Under the pieces are notes generated by a model. The model made no database searches. It was given only the letters and a program-made list of their open reading frames with translations, and was not told the DNA's origin. The position numbers and the translations under genes were made by a program. From Octopus sinensis (taxonomy: Eukaryota), in contig NC_042998.1 of assembly GCF_006345805.1 (NCBI RefSeq), positions 110,298,001 through 110,362,000 of the forward strand: a stretch of 64,000 nt of DNA, read 5' to 3'. This document shows positions 50,861-64,000 of the stretch, piece by piece (within the stretch, counting starts at the first letter, position 1; each line of letters starts with the position of its first letter).

Positions 50861-52693
50861 AATTGAGTCAATGGAAAATAAAATTATTCTCTTGATATGC
50901 GCAATGATGCTTTCTTTGTGCAGTTAAAGGAGGCAAAATTGATATTTCCTTATTCGAGATATTTCCGAAATGTTTGTTCAAAAAGTGTACACTTGGTATG
51001 AGATAATTAACATCCTGGTATAGAGAGCCTGTATGCAAGAATGAGATGTGAATAGTTGTGTAAGCTACATGGAAGTGACTATTATTGTAAATAATTGCGG
51101 ATAGGTTATTGATGTACAAAAGTGTGGGCAACATCACAAAATAAGATCAAAGAAACTGGTCCTGTGGCGCAATATTTAAAGTTATTGAAAAAGAGTTACT
51201 TATGATAGATTGCTTTATTGAATTAAAATGACCATAGGAGATTTTCGTACTTCGTCTATATGTAACCTTGATGTTGAGATTATTTGAGAGGAGAGGAGAA
51301 GAAAAAATCTGTCAAGCATTTGATGTGTCTGTGCATGCAAATTTGACTGCAAATGTGGGAACATTCTCCATGACATTCGTCATATGGATATACCATAGTT
51401 TGGGAGTATAAGTTTAAATTTTGTGGAAAGATGGCAAAGATAATTTCATTACAGTTCGGGAGGAAGTAAAGATTGTGGTTAGTGATTTATTTCACTTTTA
51501 TGTTGGTAGATTTTCGAGTCGTTTAGTGATGCATTAAAAGCCATTTGGTTTGTAGGGTTAGGCGAATGTTTACAAGGTGCCGTAGGCTGTAATCTTTGCG
51601 GTTCAGCTACACGTGATTCACTTTGGTATTTGTGATAATGGGTGTAGGTTTTCCTTGTGTACAGAATATAATGGACCATGCTCTCGGTCAATTGCGTAAC
51701 AGAATTTCTTTGGAGTGGTCAGAGATGAAATGCAATTGGTTGCGAGAAAAACTTACATAGCATGAGTAAAACTACTAATATTTATCTTCATTCATGTTTC
51801 ATATAATTTAACATCGTCACATTAGCTGATTTAAATATAATTATAATTCAATTATACATTTTCACTAATTAATAGAATCGTTAATGTAAGAAGATTATGA
51901 TAGTGCTTCGTCAAACTGATAGTGAAAACCTGTGAACACAGGTACCCTATTGCTGTATGGTTTGCTATTTTTAAATACATTCCTAACTTATTGTGAAATA
52001 ATAGGATAAATTAGTTTAAATACTGCATATTACAGTTTGTTATTTTATATAAGTGTATTTGACATGTAAAACATATGTGGTGGATCTTTACATATGAATA
52101 TCAGTTTCCCTCAGCTTTTAACGTATTTATATCAATATATGTAAAACTACAATAAATTATAAACAATGAAATATAAAAGATTAGAACATATTAGAAATAA
52201 ATGTTATTGACTTGATCAAATGCATAACAAGAAGCCGCTTAAAGTTACATATTTTCAAGATTGAACTTTGATACCAGAGATTCTGAAATCTATCACAGTA
52301 GACATCTACCCAAAAGATTGTTTTTCATTACACCCAGTATAAATTCCCACGCATATTGTACCCCTACACACACCACATAGACAAATAAAGGCCCCACGGA
52401 ATTAACCAAAGCACAAAAGACAGAAAGCACACTAACGAACACAGATTGTGTATGGCCGCATCATCCACAGGTTATAGTACCACTACACAAATTCCATTTC
52501 CACAATAACACCAAACTTAAGGACACACATTTCCCACTAACTTTTATAGAAAACTCTTACCGACTTGCAACATAACCAGCCCAGTGGCGATGTTTTGGTA
52601 CAAGAGACACATGTCGTAGCTCAATCCCCTACTCATTTCGTTTCATTCATCTTCAACAATCAGTAGCTATATTTGATTCCATATCGGCTACCT

Positions 52694-52783
52694 CTGATGA
52701 GCGGTGGGTTACATAGTTGGATTGTTTCTTAACACTCCATTGAATCACTAGCGCGAAACCGATTGGAAGGATCGGACGTAACG
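52694..52783 (+). ncRNA. Degenerate hammerhead ribozyme motif (probable PLE terminal-repeat remnant)
   Basis: CTGATGA-GCG..CGC-GAAA-CCGAT-tggaagg-ATCGG-AC. The conserved U of the cleavage triplet is A and stem I is broken. Confidence 0.55.
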
Positions 52784-52810
52784 AATATATAATACTGCAT
52801 ATTTCAGATA

Positions 52811-52864
<54 letters not shown>

Positions 52865-52866
<2 letters not shown>

Positions 52867-53351
52867 ATCACTTGCCATATCGCGGTTCATGTTTCGCGAC
52901 CTCAGTATATCGCGGATTTTTCTGGCTAATATATGTAAATTCATAAGGTGGTCTCCTCAGTACATCGCGAGTTTCACGGCTGATAAGTATTTATATTGCT
53001 TTAGATTTTGATTAATATTCCGATAAAATAAGCAATTTCAAGCCTAAAAATTAATAAATTAATAAACAGAAATACAGTACAGTTCTGCACTGTGTGACAT
53101 GTTAATCAAAACATATCAAAAGAAAATGCGTCGTGCATCGTAGATAAGTGAACAAAGAGTCGCACTTACTGTATGGAAACCGAAACTCAGGAGGCAACTG
53201 TGTGGTGAATTTTTGAATTTATAATAAAATAAAGATATATAAATTATAAAAATAATAAAAGAATATATACAGTACAGTACTGTTTCTACTTCACAAATTC
53301 TCACCTACAGCGGGAGGTTTTGGAACACCCGTGATAGTGGAGGGATTACAG
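52865..53351. mobile_element. Tigger/pogo-like MITE
   Basis: Degenerate TIRs TAATCACTTGCCATATCGCGG and CCCGTGATAGTGGAGGGATTACAG; TA context; no ORF. Confidence 0.6.
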
Positions 53352-53419
53352 TACAGAACCCGATGATTATTCCGTTGGTATATTTTGTTCATAGACACTA
53401 CCAATAGAAATCTAGCGCA

Positions 53420-53586
53420 GGGGTGGCTTCATGGTAAGTAGCTTGCTTCCCAACCACATGGTTTTGGGCTCAGTTCCACTGCGTGGCATCTTGAGCAGAT
53501 GTCTTCTACTACGACCTTGGGCTGACCAAAGCCTTGTGAGTGGATTTGGTAGACGGAAATTGAGAGAAACCCATCGTATATGTATG

Positions 53587-53623
<37 letters not shown>

Positions 53624-55135
53624 ATGTGTGTGTGTGTGCATGTGCGTGCGTGTGTATATATATATATGTATATAGAGAGGTTGGAGAAAATAATGGAAGC
53701 ACCTAGCATCATAGCATTTTAGCATCATAATTTTGAAATATCTATAAAACCGTCAAAAGCTTGTTTATTTTTATGTCTTGATTTATTATTAATATGTTTT
53801 GCTAAAATTGCTGTTTCTTTTCAGATATCATCAGAAAAAGGTAATTAAAATTCATTAAAATGACAGATCTATTGGACTTTCAAAGAGGTCAAATTGTTGG
53901 TGATCGTGTGGAAGGCGATAGCGTAACGAAAACAGCCGAAATGTTTGGTGTATCAAGAAGTACTGTCTCGGAAGCAGCTTTTCAGAAAGAGAGAAAAAAC
54001 CTCCTCGTCGAAACTAAACTCCGGAAGAAACCCAAAACTTTCAGATAGGGACCATCAGACTCTTACGCGAATGGTTAGAAAGGCTGAGAAAAGTACAGCT
54101 CCCAAAATTATTGCAGAGCTTAATGCCCACCTCGAGAACCCAGTTTCTACAAAAACTGTTCGCCGGAAGCTGTACAAAGCCGGATTTCACGGGTGGGCTG
54201 CAATCAGAAAAAACACTACTTTCAAGAACAAAAGGTTGCAAAACGTTCAGAATGGAGTCAAAAACCTACAGAATTGGTCCCTAGAGCACTGGAAGAGTGT
54301 TATTTTCTCGGACAAGTCATACATTATATTATTTCCGACCACCGGTCTAGTATACGTGTGGATATAGCCAACAGAGGCATTCGACCCAGACTGCGGATCT
54401 GTGATGATAAGGGGGACTATATCTTGAAAATCCGCCGGCCCAATGGTTCCCCTTCATGGCAGAATTAATAGTCAAGACTATCTAAGCATTTTATCTGATC
54501 AAATTCACCCTATGGTTGCCGAACAGTTTCCGGAGGGAAACGGAATATTTCAGGATTTACAGAGCTAAATTTGTTACTGAATGGCACGAGGAACATTCTA
54601 GTGACGTTGAACATTTTATCTGGCCACAACAGTCCCCTGGTCTCAATATTATTGAACATTTATGGTGCATTTTAGAAAAACAAGTAAGGAGTCGATATCC
54701 TCCACCATCATCACTAAAAGAACTGGAGACTGTTTTAGCTGAAGAATGGACAAATTTTCTTTTGGAAAAAATTCAAACTTTGTACGAGTCCATACCTCAT
54801 AGAATTCAAGGTGTAATTACTGACAAAGACGGTCCTCTTCCATATTAAAATAAACTTGTTTGAAATGTCAAGGTGTTTCCATTATTTTGTCCAACCCTTC
54901 TATATATATGCGTGTATATGTGTATGTGTGTATGTTTGTGTGTCTGTGTTTGTTCCTCCAACATCGCTTGACAACCGATACTGGTGTGTTTACGTCCCCG
55001 TAACGTAGCGATTCGGCAAAAGATACCGATAGAATAAGTGCTAGACTTATAAAGTATAAGTCCTAGTGTTGATTTGCTTGACTAAAGGCGGTACTCAAAC
55101 ATGGCTGCAGTCAAATAAAACAAAGAAAAGAATTA
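53420..55135 (+). mobile_element. SINE family A split by a Tc1 insertion
   Basis: 5' half 53420-53580 and 3' half 54901-55135 flank the Tc1. Confidence 0.8.
53675..54900 (+). mobile_element. Full-length (1226 bp) Tc1-like transposon with frameshifted transposase
   Basis: 30-bp TIRs 53675-53704 and 54871-54900 (26/30), TA on both sides. MTDLLDFQRGQIVG..AEMFGVSRSTVS, VIFSDKS, IFQD, SPGLNIIEHLW. Confidence 0.93.
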
Positions 55136-57299
55136 AAGAGTATGTATGTGTATGTATGTATGTATTTATGTATGTATGTATGTATGTATGTATGTATGTA
55201 TGTATGTATATGTTTGTGTGTGTGTAGGGGTTGATTTCTATGAGCATATTTCTTCAACTTCCAACTGACCCCTTTTTTTATGTTACATGAAACAAAATTA
55301 TATAAACTAGTATGGAGACATGTAGAGGCCAACAAGAAATCTATCACGTCAACTTGAAACATTCACTGTAAAACTAATGTTATATTTCCAATTATTCTGT
55401 TATTCTTTTATTGATCTTCGACTGTGCTGGGGTACCGCCTTCAGGAGTTTAGTCGATTATATCGACCACGATGCTTTGTCTGGTAATTATTTAATCGAAC
55501 ACTAAATATCGATTGGTTAAGTCCTGCTATGGAAAGTAACCCAATAACTAATTACCAGAAGATATTTGTGTCGACGCACCTAGTACCTATTTACAACCTA
55601 AACACATTTACTCACACCAAAACACATGCACACACACGCACACTCATGCACACGCACATACACACACTTAATAAATATAGATATTTATCAAGCCCTCCGC
55701 TCTGTAAACGACGTGTGTGTTTGTTTATGAGTTCTATTTTTATCCCAATTAACCAATGACCTACCGTTTACTATATCTATGCACACAGCTGAACTCACCC
55801 CTGTTAGAAATTGGTTCACCTTTACAGTTTAATTTTAGCAAAAGTTGAGCGGAGCAGGCATGTGTACAATCTTGGGCCCCAACTTTGTTAACTTCATTTA
55901 CTACGCTCTGAAATCCAAATATTTGCATGTTTTTCTAGTTAGGTTAACTACTACGATATTCTTCTGTCATGTCTATAACTGTATTAGCTCAAATTTATTT
56001 AAGGGAAGGTTACTCAGCATTTTCTATGCCGTATCATAGTTTTCGCACAAAATATCATCACCACTGTCTAATTGCAGAAATGGGAAACCTAATGTGGTTA
56101 CACAGAAATAATATAGTTTGTATGTATGTATGTATGTATGTATGTATGTATGTATGTATGTATGTATGTATGTATGTATGTATGTATGTATATTCAGAGG
56201 TAAACCAATAAATATTTCGTTCATTCCAAACAATTAATATTGTATGGATTTATTTGTTACGTGTATATCATTAGGCGGCATTCCTAATAATATTTTCCCC
56301 CATTTCCCACGAGCACTTGCTATTTGTTTTGTTTTACTCGAAGCATTGCAGCCTTCATATTCTCTCACCAAATCTTGGATCTCTTCCTTTCTTCAACTTT
56401 TATCTCAGTGCTCTGGCACGCTCGCATCACTTTTCCTTCTCTCCTGCCTATCATATATACGCAAAAATGTATATTGTTTGAATACCTGCTATTTTCCAAC
56501 CGGAAATAATGTGTGAATGTGTATCTTTCATAAGAAATATTGACGCATATTGATAAAATTGATATGTATAACAGTTTATTAATAAAACATATGGAAATAT
56601 GAAGTAAAGGGAAGGAAAAAAAACACGTCGATTAACAAAAGGCGATGAATTCGAAGAGTAAAAAAAATCCGGTAGTTTGAGTAAATGAAATATAAAATGA
56701 AAGTTTGGAAGGAATGGAAGATATTTAAGAAAAACTGAATGCAGATAGTAAACATCGACGCCACTGGAGTTGCGATATCTCTTTGAAACCTCCCCACAAT
56801 ACAACCCCCACCACGTCCAGTTCAACACCTTTCAACAATTCCAAAGTTAAGGTATATGACACAAAGTGTTGAGGCAATTTATATTTTATATGGAAAATAT
56901 TACTGAATTATGTGCCCTGCTTATTACATTTTACTGACAGAAACCATACATTCTGCTTTTCTCCAGCTCACAATATATCTTGTTCTAAATACAACCCTCC
57001 TCTACGGCACTGACTGCATACAGCGTTCCAACTTATTATCCCAGTGCACAACCACATCATTGCTGACATTAACCAACAAACTCAACTCAATGATAATACC
57101 GAATGTACGAGGCTTTTCAGACTTCACAAATAAAACAAAAGAATCATATCTTAGAGAGACCTTGAACAGCGAGAGAACTTGCATAGCGAGAGACCTTGCA
57201 TAGCGAGAGACCTTCTACGATGAGATATAAATGGCATAGTATTGTGAATACTAGATTCTGAATATCAGTAATGAGAAATTCCAGACGCTGTTACTCAAA

Positions 57300-57830
57300 C
57301 ACTAAACTCTTCATTTAAATTCATCTGCTGCCTCTTGATGTCACCAAAGAGCATCAAACTCGTCTCTGGTACATCTGGAAGAGCTAGGCAAGTAACCGAA
57401 ATAATCATTTAAGGTATGTTCCACCTCTCACAAATCGAAGGCCACAATCTAAGACCACCCAAAGTTCTCTCTAAACAATTTAATGCTTCCCTCTCTACAT
57501 GGATCTTTACTGATCCCTTGAAACATGCATATCCAATTTCTGCACCAAATCTCTAAAACAAAATATGAAAAAAGATGGATTACATGCGATTTATCAATCT
57601 CACATCTTACTATACACTTGCGTCGTTAACGACATTCAAGAGCAGTCATGCACTTCGATTCCCAAGTCCCAAATGCACTGTGATGACACAATGTTTATCT
57701 TACCATAACAGCAACGGTCTTACAAGTAACTAGCTGTGTAAAGCTGCTCCCAAACTTTCACCCTATACTCGTTACTCCTCGTAATTCTTTGTCCAAGCCG
57801 TATCTGAAACTTAGTAGAGCTCACACTAAC
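57300..57830 (-). mobile_element. Possible very decayed RTE-like LINE 3' remnant
   Basis: Weak resemblance to RTE C-terminal motifs (RVK..LY, ETW, VQ..W, W..V..DL); many stops. Confidence 0.3.
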
Positions 57831-58074
57831 CACTATGTATAATAGCTAAACACCAAAGATTTATTCCACAAAATTTCCTTTCCTTTCAAATTTTAGATGC
57901 CGATATTGGTCTACCAACAGGCGACTAAACATTGACCACACGAATGTTATTAGACAGGATCTACAAATATAGTTATAGCGCTTTCTTGTTGACTATCTAT
58001 TAAACAAATAAATTTGCACTTCAGCTGTATATATTTAATGACCGTTTCTTTAATATCGATTCAGTTTTATTGGG

Positions 58075-58077
<3 letters not shown>

Positions 58078-58136
<59 letters not shown>
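58078..58136. repeat. (GA)n microsatellite
   Basis: Direct inspection. Confidence 0.97.
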
Positions 58137-58139
<3 letters not shown>

Positions 58140-59273
58140 TTCTTGAAATATCTAACAATTAATTAGGAAACTGACATTTCATAAGTAAATATACAAGCTG
58201 CCTATACGTTCCTGATTTCTAATTAAATAATTCTCTTTATGTCTTATTGAAGATTAGCCAGGCAACACTCAATAGCAATAAAACAGGTGGAAATAAGTTA
58301 CGTAAGATAAATATTACGTGGTGAAACATTCATTTCAGAATTCATGAAGTTTCATGTTGTTCAATGTTCTTTATGGCATTGAAGGAATAATCTTCCACTA
58401 TAATAAATATAGTAAAATCTTTAATAGACGAACATTTAATTTTGTGTAATCAACCACATCAAATCTAGCTTATAATATAGTAGTAATTAACAATAATAAA
58501 TTAAACAGGAGTAGTAGTAAGGAACGTGCCTTTATTTATTCAAATAACAAAGAAAGCAAAGCCCAACATCCACAGTGAATATTATATCTGAATCTAGTAT
58601 TCACAATACTATGCCATTTATATTTCACTGTACAAGGTCTCTCGCTGTGCAAGGCCTCTCTAAGATATGATGCTTTGGTTTTATTTGTGAAGTTTGAAAG
58701 GCCTCGTACACTCTACCTTATCATTGAGTTGAGTTTGTTGGTTAATGACAGCAATGATGTGGTTGTGCACTGGGATAATAGCAGTGGTTGGGGTTTAATT
58801 TTTAATTTTTTTTATTTCTATTGCCAGATTCATCATAACTAAAAATGAATTTTCTTGTTTCAGGAGGGGTTACTGTCTGCAGTTCGTATGTTTGCACTGT
58901 TGAATTTATTGTAGTTATATTGTTTGCAGCTTTTGATAATACTACTGTACCCAGTAGATATCTGGGTGATTTCTGAGTTTCGATGAAAGTCTGGACCAAC
59001 ACTGCTACCGTAAGGGTTGTTTCTACTGCGGATTTGATGGTAGTTTGGTGTCATGATTTTTCAGGTTCTTCAGTTCCTGGAAGATGAGTCAAGGGACAGT
59101 CGCACATCAGACATAATCTTTTGTGCTGGGAATAACAACTTATTTGGGAATTATGTATGATTTAGTGCTTTGCGCTGGGAGTGGTGTGGTAAGATGTGTG
59201 GTTGGTATTGTTTGTACAAAATGTGCGTCTTGTGTCAGTGGATTTGGTAGACGGAAACTGAAAGAAACCCGTC

Positions 59274-59313
<40 letters not shown>

Positions 59314-59399
59314 TTGATTTGTCTATTCATGTATGTATTTTGTTGTTTATACGCTTATTAATAAATTGATAAATGATAATAAATAAATGAATCATTATG

Positions 59400-60913
59400 T
59401 TATTTGGATTATACTGGTAAAAGATGCAGAATATTGAAGTTGATGTATCACTCAAGGATGTACCTATACCACATACCATCTAAAAAGGAATTTATTAAAG
59501 ACTTGATTTGTAAAACTAATGAATTCCTCCAATGTCTTAGATGGACTGTGTACCATTATAATAGAAAGGACTTTAGACATAACTATTCTATGACTGAACT
59601 TGATATTGAGGCTGATAATATTAAAATATATTTCAGAACTAGAATGATCCCTCCTGGAAATAAACATCTGGAACTGCTTGAAAACGAATTATGGAATACT
59701 ATTAGAAATATTAAGTTTCAAAAACGTCCACTGCGGAGAAAAACTCATCAAAGGAAACTTATTAATATTGTTAAAAACTTTAGAAGTCAGGATGGGATTT
59801 TCATCCAATCGGATCAAACTAATAATTTATACCATATAGATGTCTATAAACACCATGAACTTTTAAAGAATGAGATGGCCAAAACTATGGGATGGGATTC
59901 TAGTGAAAATTAATTAATTAACCTTGAAACAAGAAAATTATCACCACATTCACTTCTAGGATAGAACTGAACCTTTCGTACTCGTGCGACCACGCATTAC
60001 ACTGAAGGACCATAAGGAAAACTTCTATACAGACCCTAAACTTAGATTGATTTTCCCTGGTCGATCTGACATAGGTAAACTTAGTAAGGTCATTCTAGAT
60101 AAATATATGCGTATAGCTAGGAACAAAAAATCTTGATTTATGGTCTAACACTTACCAATCTTTAAATTGGCTTAATAATATTACCAATAAGACTAAATAT
60201 AATAAATATATGTTTACAAGTAGATATTGATAATTATTACTCCTCTATTAATCTTATAGTCCTTAATACGGCACTCAATTTTTAAAGAAATTTTAATAAT
60301 ATTGTCAAAGAGAAAATCAATATTATATTAACTTCAAAGCAATCTCTGATTAGATTTGATAATAAATACTGGGCTCGTAAGAACACATAATTATTTTGAT
60401 ATTACTATGGGATCTGTCGACTTTGCCCAGGTTACTGACTGTCGGAATGCACCTGCTATTTCAAATTAATAGTGGATTCCCTGAATTCATTGGTGGTCTT
60501 TATCGAAACGATGCCTTTTTCGCTATTAAAAATACTACTCCTAGAAAACTGAACTTAAATAAGAAAGAATCTGCGTAAATTTTACAGAGGGATAGTTTAG
60601 CTGTTTCCATTGTAGAAGAGAATTGTTCTGTTAATTATTTGGATGCAAACCTTAATCTTGCAACAGGTAAACATGAACCATTTCATAAACCAAATACAAG
60701 ATTAAAGTACATAAATTATAATAGCAATCATCTTGCTGAAATTACATATACCTTAATTTAAAATACTGAAAAACAAATATCATGTTTATCATCTAATAAG
60801 GAAACTTTTAGAAGGCATGATGATTACTATAATGCGGCATTAGAAAAAGCAGGATATAAGGCTAACATTAAATAATTTAATGATAAATTTTAATTTAGTA
60901 ATAATGTTAAATT

Positions 60914-60972
<59 letters not shown>

Positions 60973-60980
60973 TAATAATA

Positions 60981-61011
<31 letters not shown>

Positions 61012-61735
61012 TATTATTATTATTATTATTATAAACCTGATTATATTTGGCACATAATCCCTTATGCTATGCATAGGAAGACAAATTAGACAAATATTAA
61101 TTGATAAGCATTTCAATATGAATAATAAATATAGGCAAATAATGAATACTAATAATATCAGGATTGGTCATTGCTTAATCAAAAATTTATTTCGAATAGT
61201 TTCATCTTTAAATAAGAGAAAACATGACAATAATAATAATAATTCTAATAATAAATTCTGTGATTGCATTAGTAAATGCCAACTTTAAAATATTTGTAAT
61301 GAAGATAATATTGTATATAAATATGATATTGATGCACTTAATAATAAGAATATATACACTGGACCGACATCTAATAAATTTAGAACTCGCTTCTCTAACC
61401 ATTTAAATAGGCAAATGATTAACTCAACTGGACTACGTAAATTTTTATGGGAGCTACAGAATAAGATATTTAGATAATTATTTGGACTGGAATATTATTA
61501 GCCACGCTCAATCTTATAATATCGCAAACAAAAGATGTGAGTTCTGTACTGAAGAATTATATCAAATATTTATTCCCCTTGAATTACGTTAAAACATACA
61601 CGGTGAAAATAGTTTTAGCCTGTACTCATGCGAGTAAATTTCTTTTGGCTAAATATAAGTAGATCGCATTTGTACGGGAGATTGCATTTGTACTGATATA
61701 TAATAAATCTGACTGATTTTGCTTTTTATTTTATA

Positions 61736-61782
<47 letters not shown>

Positions 61783-61900
61783 TAGTCCGAAGAAATAATT
61801 AGTACAATTTTTATTTTATATTGTACGAATTTATATGATTTTTATGTATAACCCATCATGTTGATTGATGTCGAAGTCCAACTAATTATTGAGACGATCG
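59400..61900 (+). mobile_element. Decayed, near full-length Penelope-like element
   Basis: IPSKKEFIKDLICKTNEFL..LRW (N-term), FDITMGS..GGLYRND (RT), NYLDANLNL..HKPN..YINYNSNH, LIDKHF..IMNTNNIR, NIVYKY..IYTGPTSNKFRTRFSNH (GIY-YIG). Confidence 0.9.
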
Positions 61901-62239
61901 TTACTGATAGAATACTATTATCTTATTTATTATTAAAGCAGGAAACTATTTGTAGCTCTCCACAAAAGCTACTAATAGCTTCCTGCTTTTATGAGACTTG
62001 AGCACTTATATTCATAAAATATGCCATGGATCTTGAAGCAATCTTTGTTCTCCGTTTATGAGTTATATGTATTTTAAAATCAGGGACGCTGAATTGCGAG
62101 AAAATATGAAAACCCGTGGAAAAAACGTGAAGGCGGTTGATGCAAAATATGGAGCGAGGAAACAGAAACGAAATCAAGAGTATTAAGATACTCGTCCATC
62201 CTGATTGCAGAAATCTCATTAAATACAACTAGTATAGAA

Positions 62240-62960
62240 CAAAATAAGATGAAATGTGTTAAAGTCTGCGACGGATCAACTTAATCCGGAGCGAGTGGTG
62301 TCCTTCAATTCGATAAAAGAAGCCTATCCATATTTACTGCTGCTAAAATTTTCAGACCTGGAATGAAGCAGTGTGATGGAATTGCTGGATGTAAGATGAA
62401 TACGAGATCTTTCTGCTACGCAGAAGTAATATTTCTTAGATCCATTAACATATGGCTTGTATTTCTCTGCTATTCTCCACTTAAATTTATGTGGTGTGAA
62501 GTTACTCCTCGAATTCCATACGTAGCTAGCCAACTCAGTTGCATCACTTTTATCGACGTGCAGGAAAGTAGGTAGGTGGTTTTCATAACGTCTCTTGAAA
62601 TCGCCCTCAAATGACACAATGTAACTCTTCTTTTCAATTGATTTATCTCGAAGCGTAGCTGTAACTTCAGTCCCGTATGCGACGGAGTTTATCGTACACG
62701 CCTGGTAAAGTAGGTAAGCTTTAGGGTCTCGGCAATTACAACTGGGAATGATCTATTGGTAATTTTTACGAGTTATAATGTTCTTCCTATTGGGCAGCAG
62801 CTGTATGATATTTTAATTGAGCGTATGGATTAAAGATGATACGTGCTAACATGCAATAATTTAGGATGATGCTGTAAGCTGAAACTCCCGGAACAACACC
62901 TAAATAAATAACGTCGACGGTTGCTTCTTTCAGAGAACCGGAACTAAACGAAGTTTCCCT
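62240..62960 (-). mobile_element. Penelope-like element 3' fragment (GIY-YIG)
   Basis: SCNCRDPK..NSVAY..KSYIVSFEGDFKRRYENH..ATELASYVW..WRIAEK..YVNGSKK..LLHSRSE. Confidence 0.85.
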
Positions 62961-63488
62961 GAGTACCAAGGATATAGTACAAGCTACAAGGGTTGCTAGT
63001 CAGGAAAACCGCAGCCATATAAAATAAAGCATCCAGACTCCAAAACCATAATTACAATTAAAAAATGATTAAAAAAAAAGGTAAGATGAAATACGATATG
63101 CACTCGGGATTTACGCATGTCACCAGAAAACCTCAAAAACGTTTTCGAAATGTAAAATATAATCCAGAGTAAAGTTTTATAACTTGGACAGCCACAACTA
63201 AAACAAAAGATCACTGGATCTGTTACATCATAAAGAAAAATGAAATCAAAAAGTGTGCGGACAAAATTTGGTTTAAACGTCTCCTGAAAATATGGTCTCA
63301 AAATTGTTCAAGTCAATACACCAACGTAGGTTGTTCCATAAGCAGAGAAATGAAGGAATTAATAATTGCAAAGCCTTTACCGAAATAATATCGGTAGGGA
63401 AAAACAAAGTTAGAGCTTTGAAACCAGTACAATCTCAGGGAATACTCATGAAATGGAAGCAACAACAGAAGAAAAAAAGCCTAAAATA

Positions 63489-63535
<47 letters not shown>

Positions 63536-64000
63536 ATTTTAATACATGAGCCCTGATAAAAAAAGTAATAGCACCGATTTGCAAAAAGAAGCAAATTTAC
63601 TTTAAGAGTAAACCAATTGGGATTAGAAGGAACCCTATAGACGTATTCCAAACAGAAAATTATTTTGTCATAACTGAGCAGCAAACACAATTTGACGACA
63701 GTGAATGTTTAACAAACAACATAGAAAAAGATATCATGAAGACAGCATTCATTAAAGAAAAGCATTTGGCATCAAGAAAGGGAAGAAAAATAGTAACCCC
63801 AAGTAAAATCTTTAAAAGAAGGCAGAAAGTTTTTGGAATGTAGAAATATTTTCATACAAATAGCAGTAGAATTCGAAAACTGTTACCCGCCTTAGAAATA
63901 GCATTGAATTTATGAAGGCGAAATATGGAAGCCTCAACGATACTACTAGTTTTAGAAGTTATACCGCACGAAGCGTAACACCATCAAACAAATAATGATG

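Larger units (their letters stand above)
57034..58780. repeat. Pair of ~200-bp inverted repeats (57034-57258 and 58590-58780)
   Basis: TATTATCCCAGTGCACAACCACATC...GTGAATACTAGATTC versus its reverse complement, roughly 85-90% identical apart from a 17-bp unit copy-number difference. Confidence 0.85.

Noticed and set aside
53805-53845. Small exon-like segment ttttcag|ATATCATCAGAAAAAG|gtaatt
   Set aside because: It lies inside the Tc1 5' leader, so it is not evidence for a host gene.

Overview
AT-rich eukaryotic (animal) genomic DNA dominated by microsatellites and decayed transposable elements. The SINE families and repeat landscape look like a coleoid cephalopod, probably Octopus (inference from recognised repeat families, not verified). 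No complete host gene is visible; only a few short candidate exons are. Elements present: R4/Dong-type restriction-endonuclease LINEs chained in a (TAA)n tract, CR1-like LINEs, an L1/Tx1-like relic, three Penelope-like elements (PLEs), two Tc1 transposons, non-autonomous Helitron-like elements, a Tigger-like MITE, a hAT relic and several tRNA-derived SINEs. The main observation is at 18795-20879: three head-to-tail copies of a non-coding ~473-bp unit plus a 1.4-unit inverted copy. Each full unit carries a type-I hammerhead ribozyme with a palindromic stem III and a predicted 105-nt GT-AG intron. This matches a PLE-mobilised retrozyme or pseudo-LTR array that could release 473-nt (possibly circular) RNAs. 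Most ORFs in the supplied track are microsatellite artefacts. Coordinates were read by eye, so those of decayed elements are approximate.
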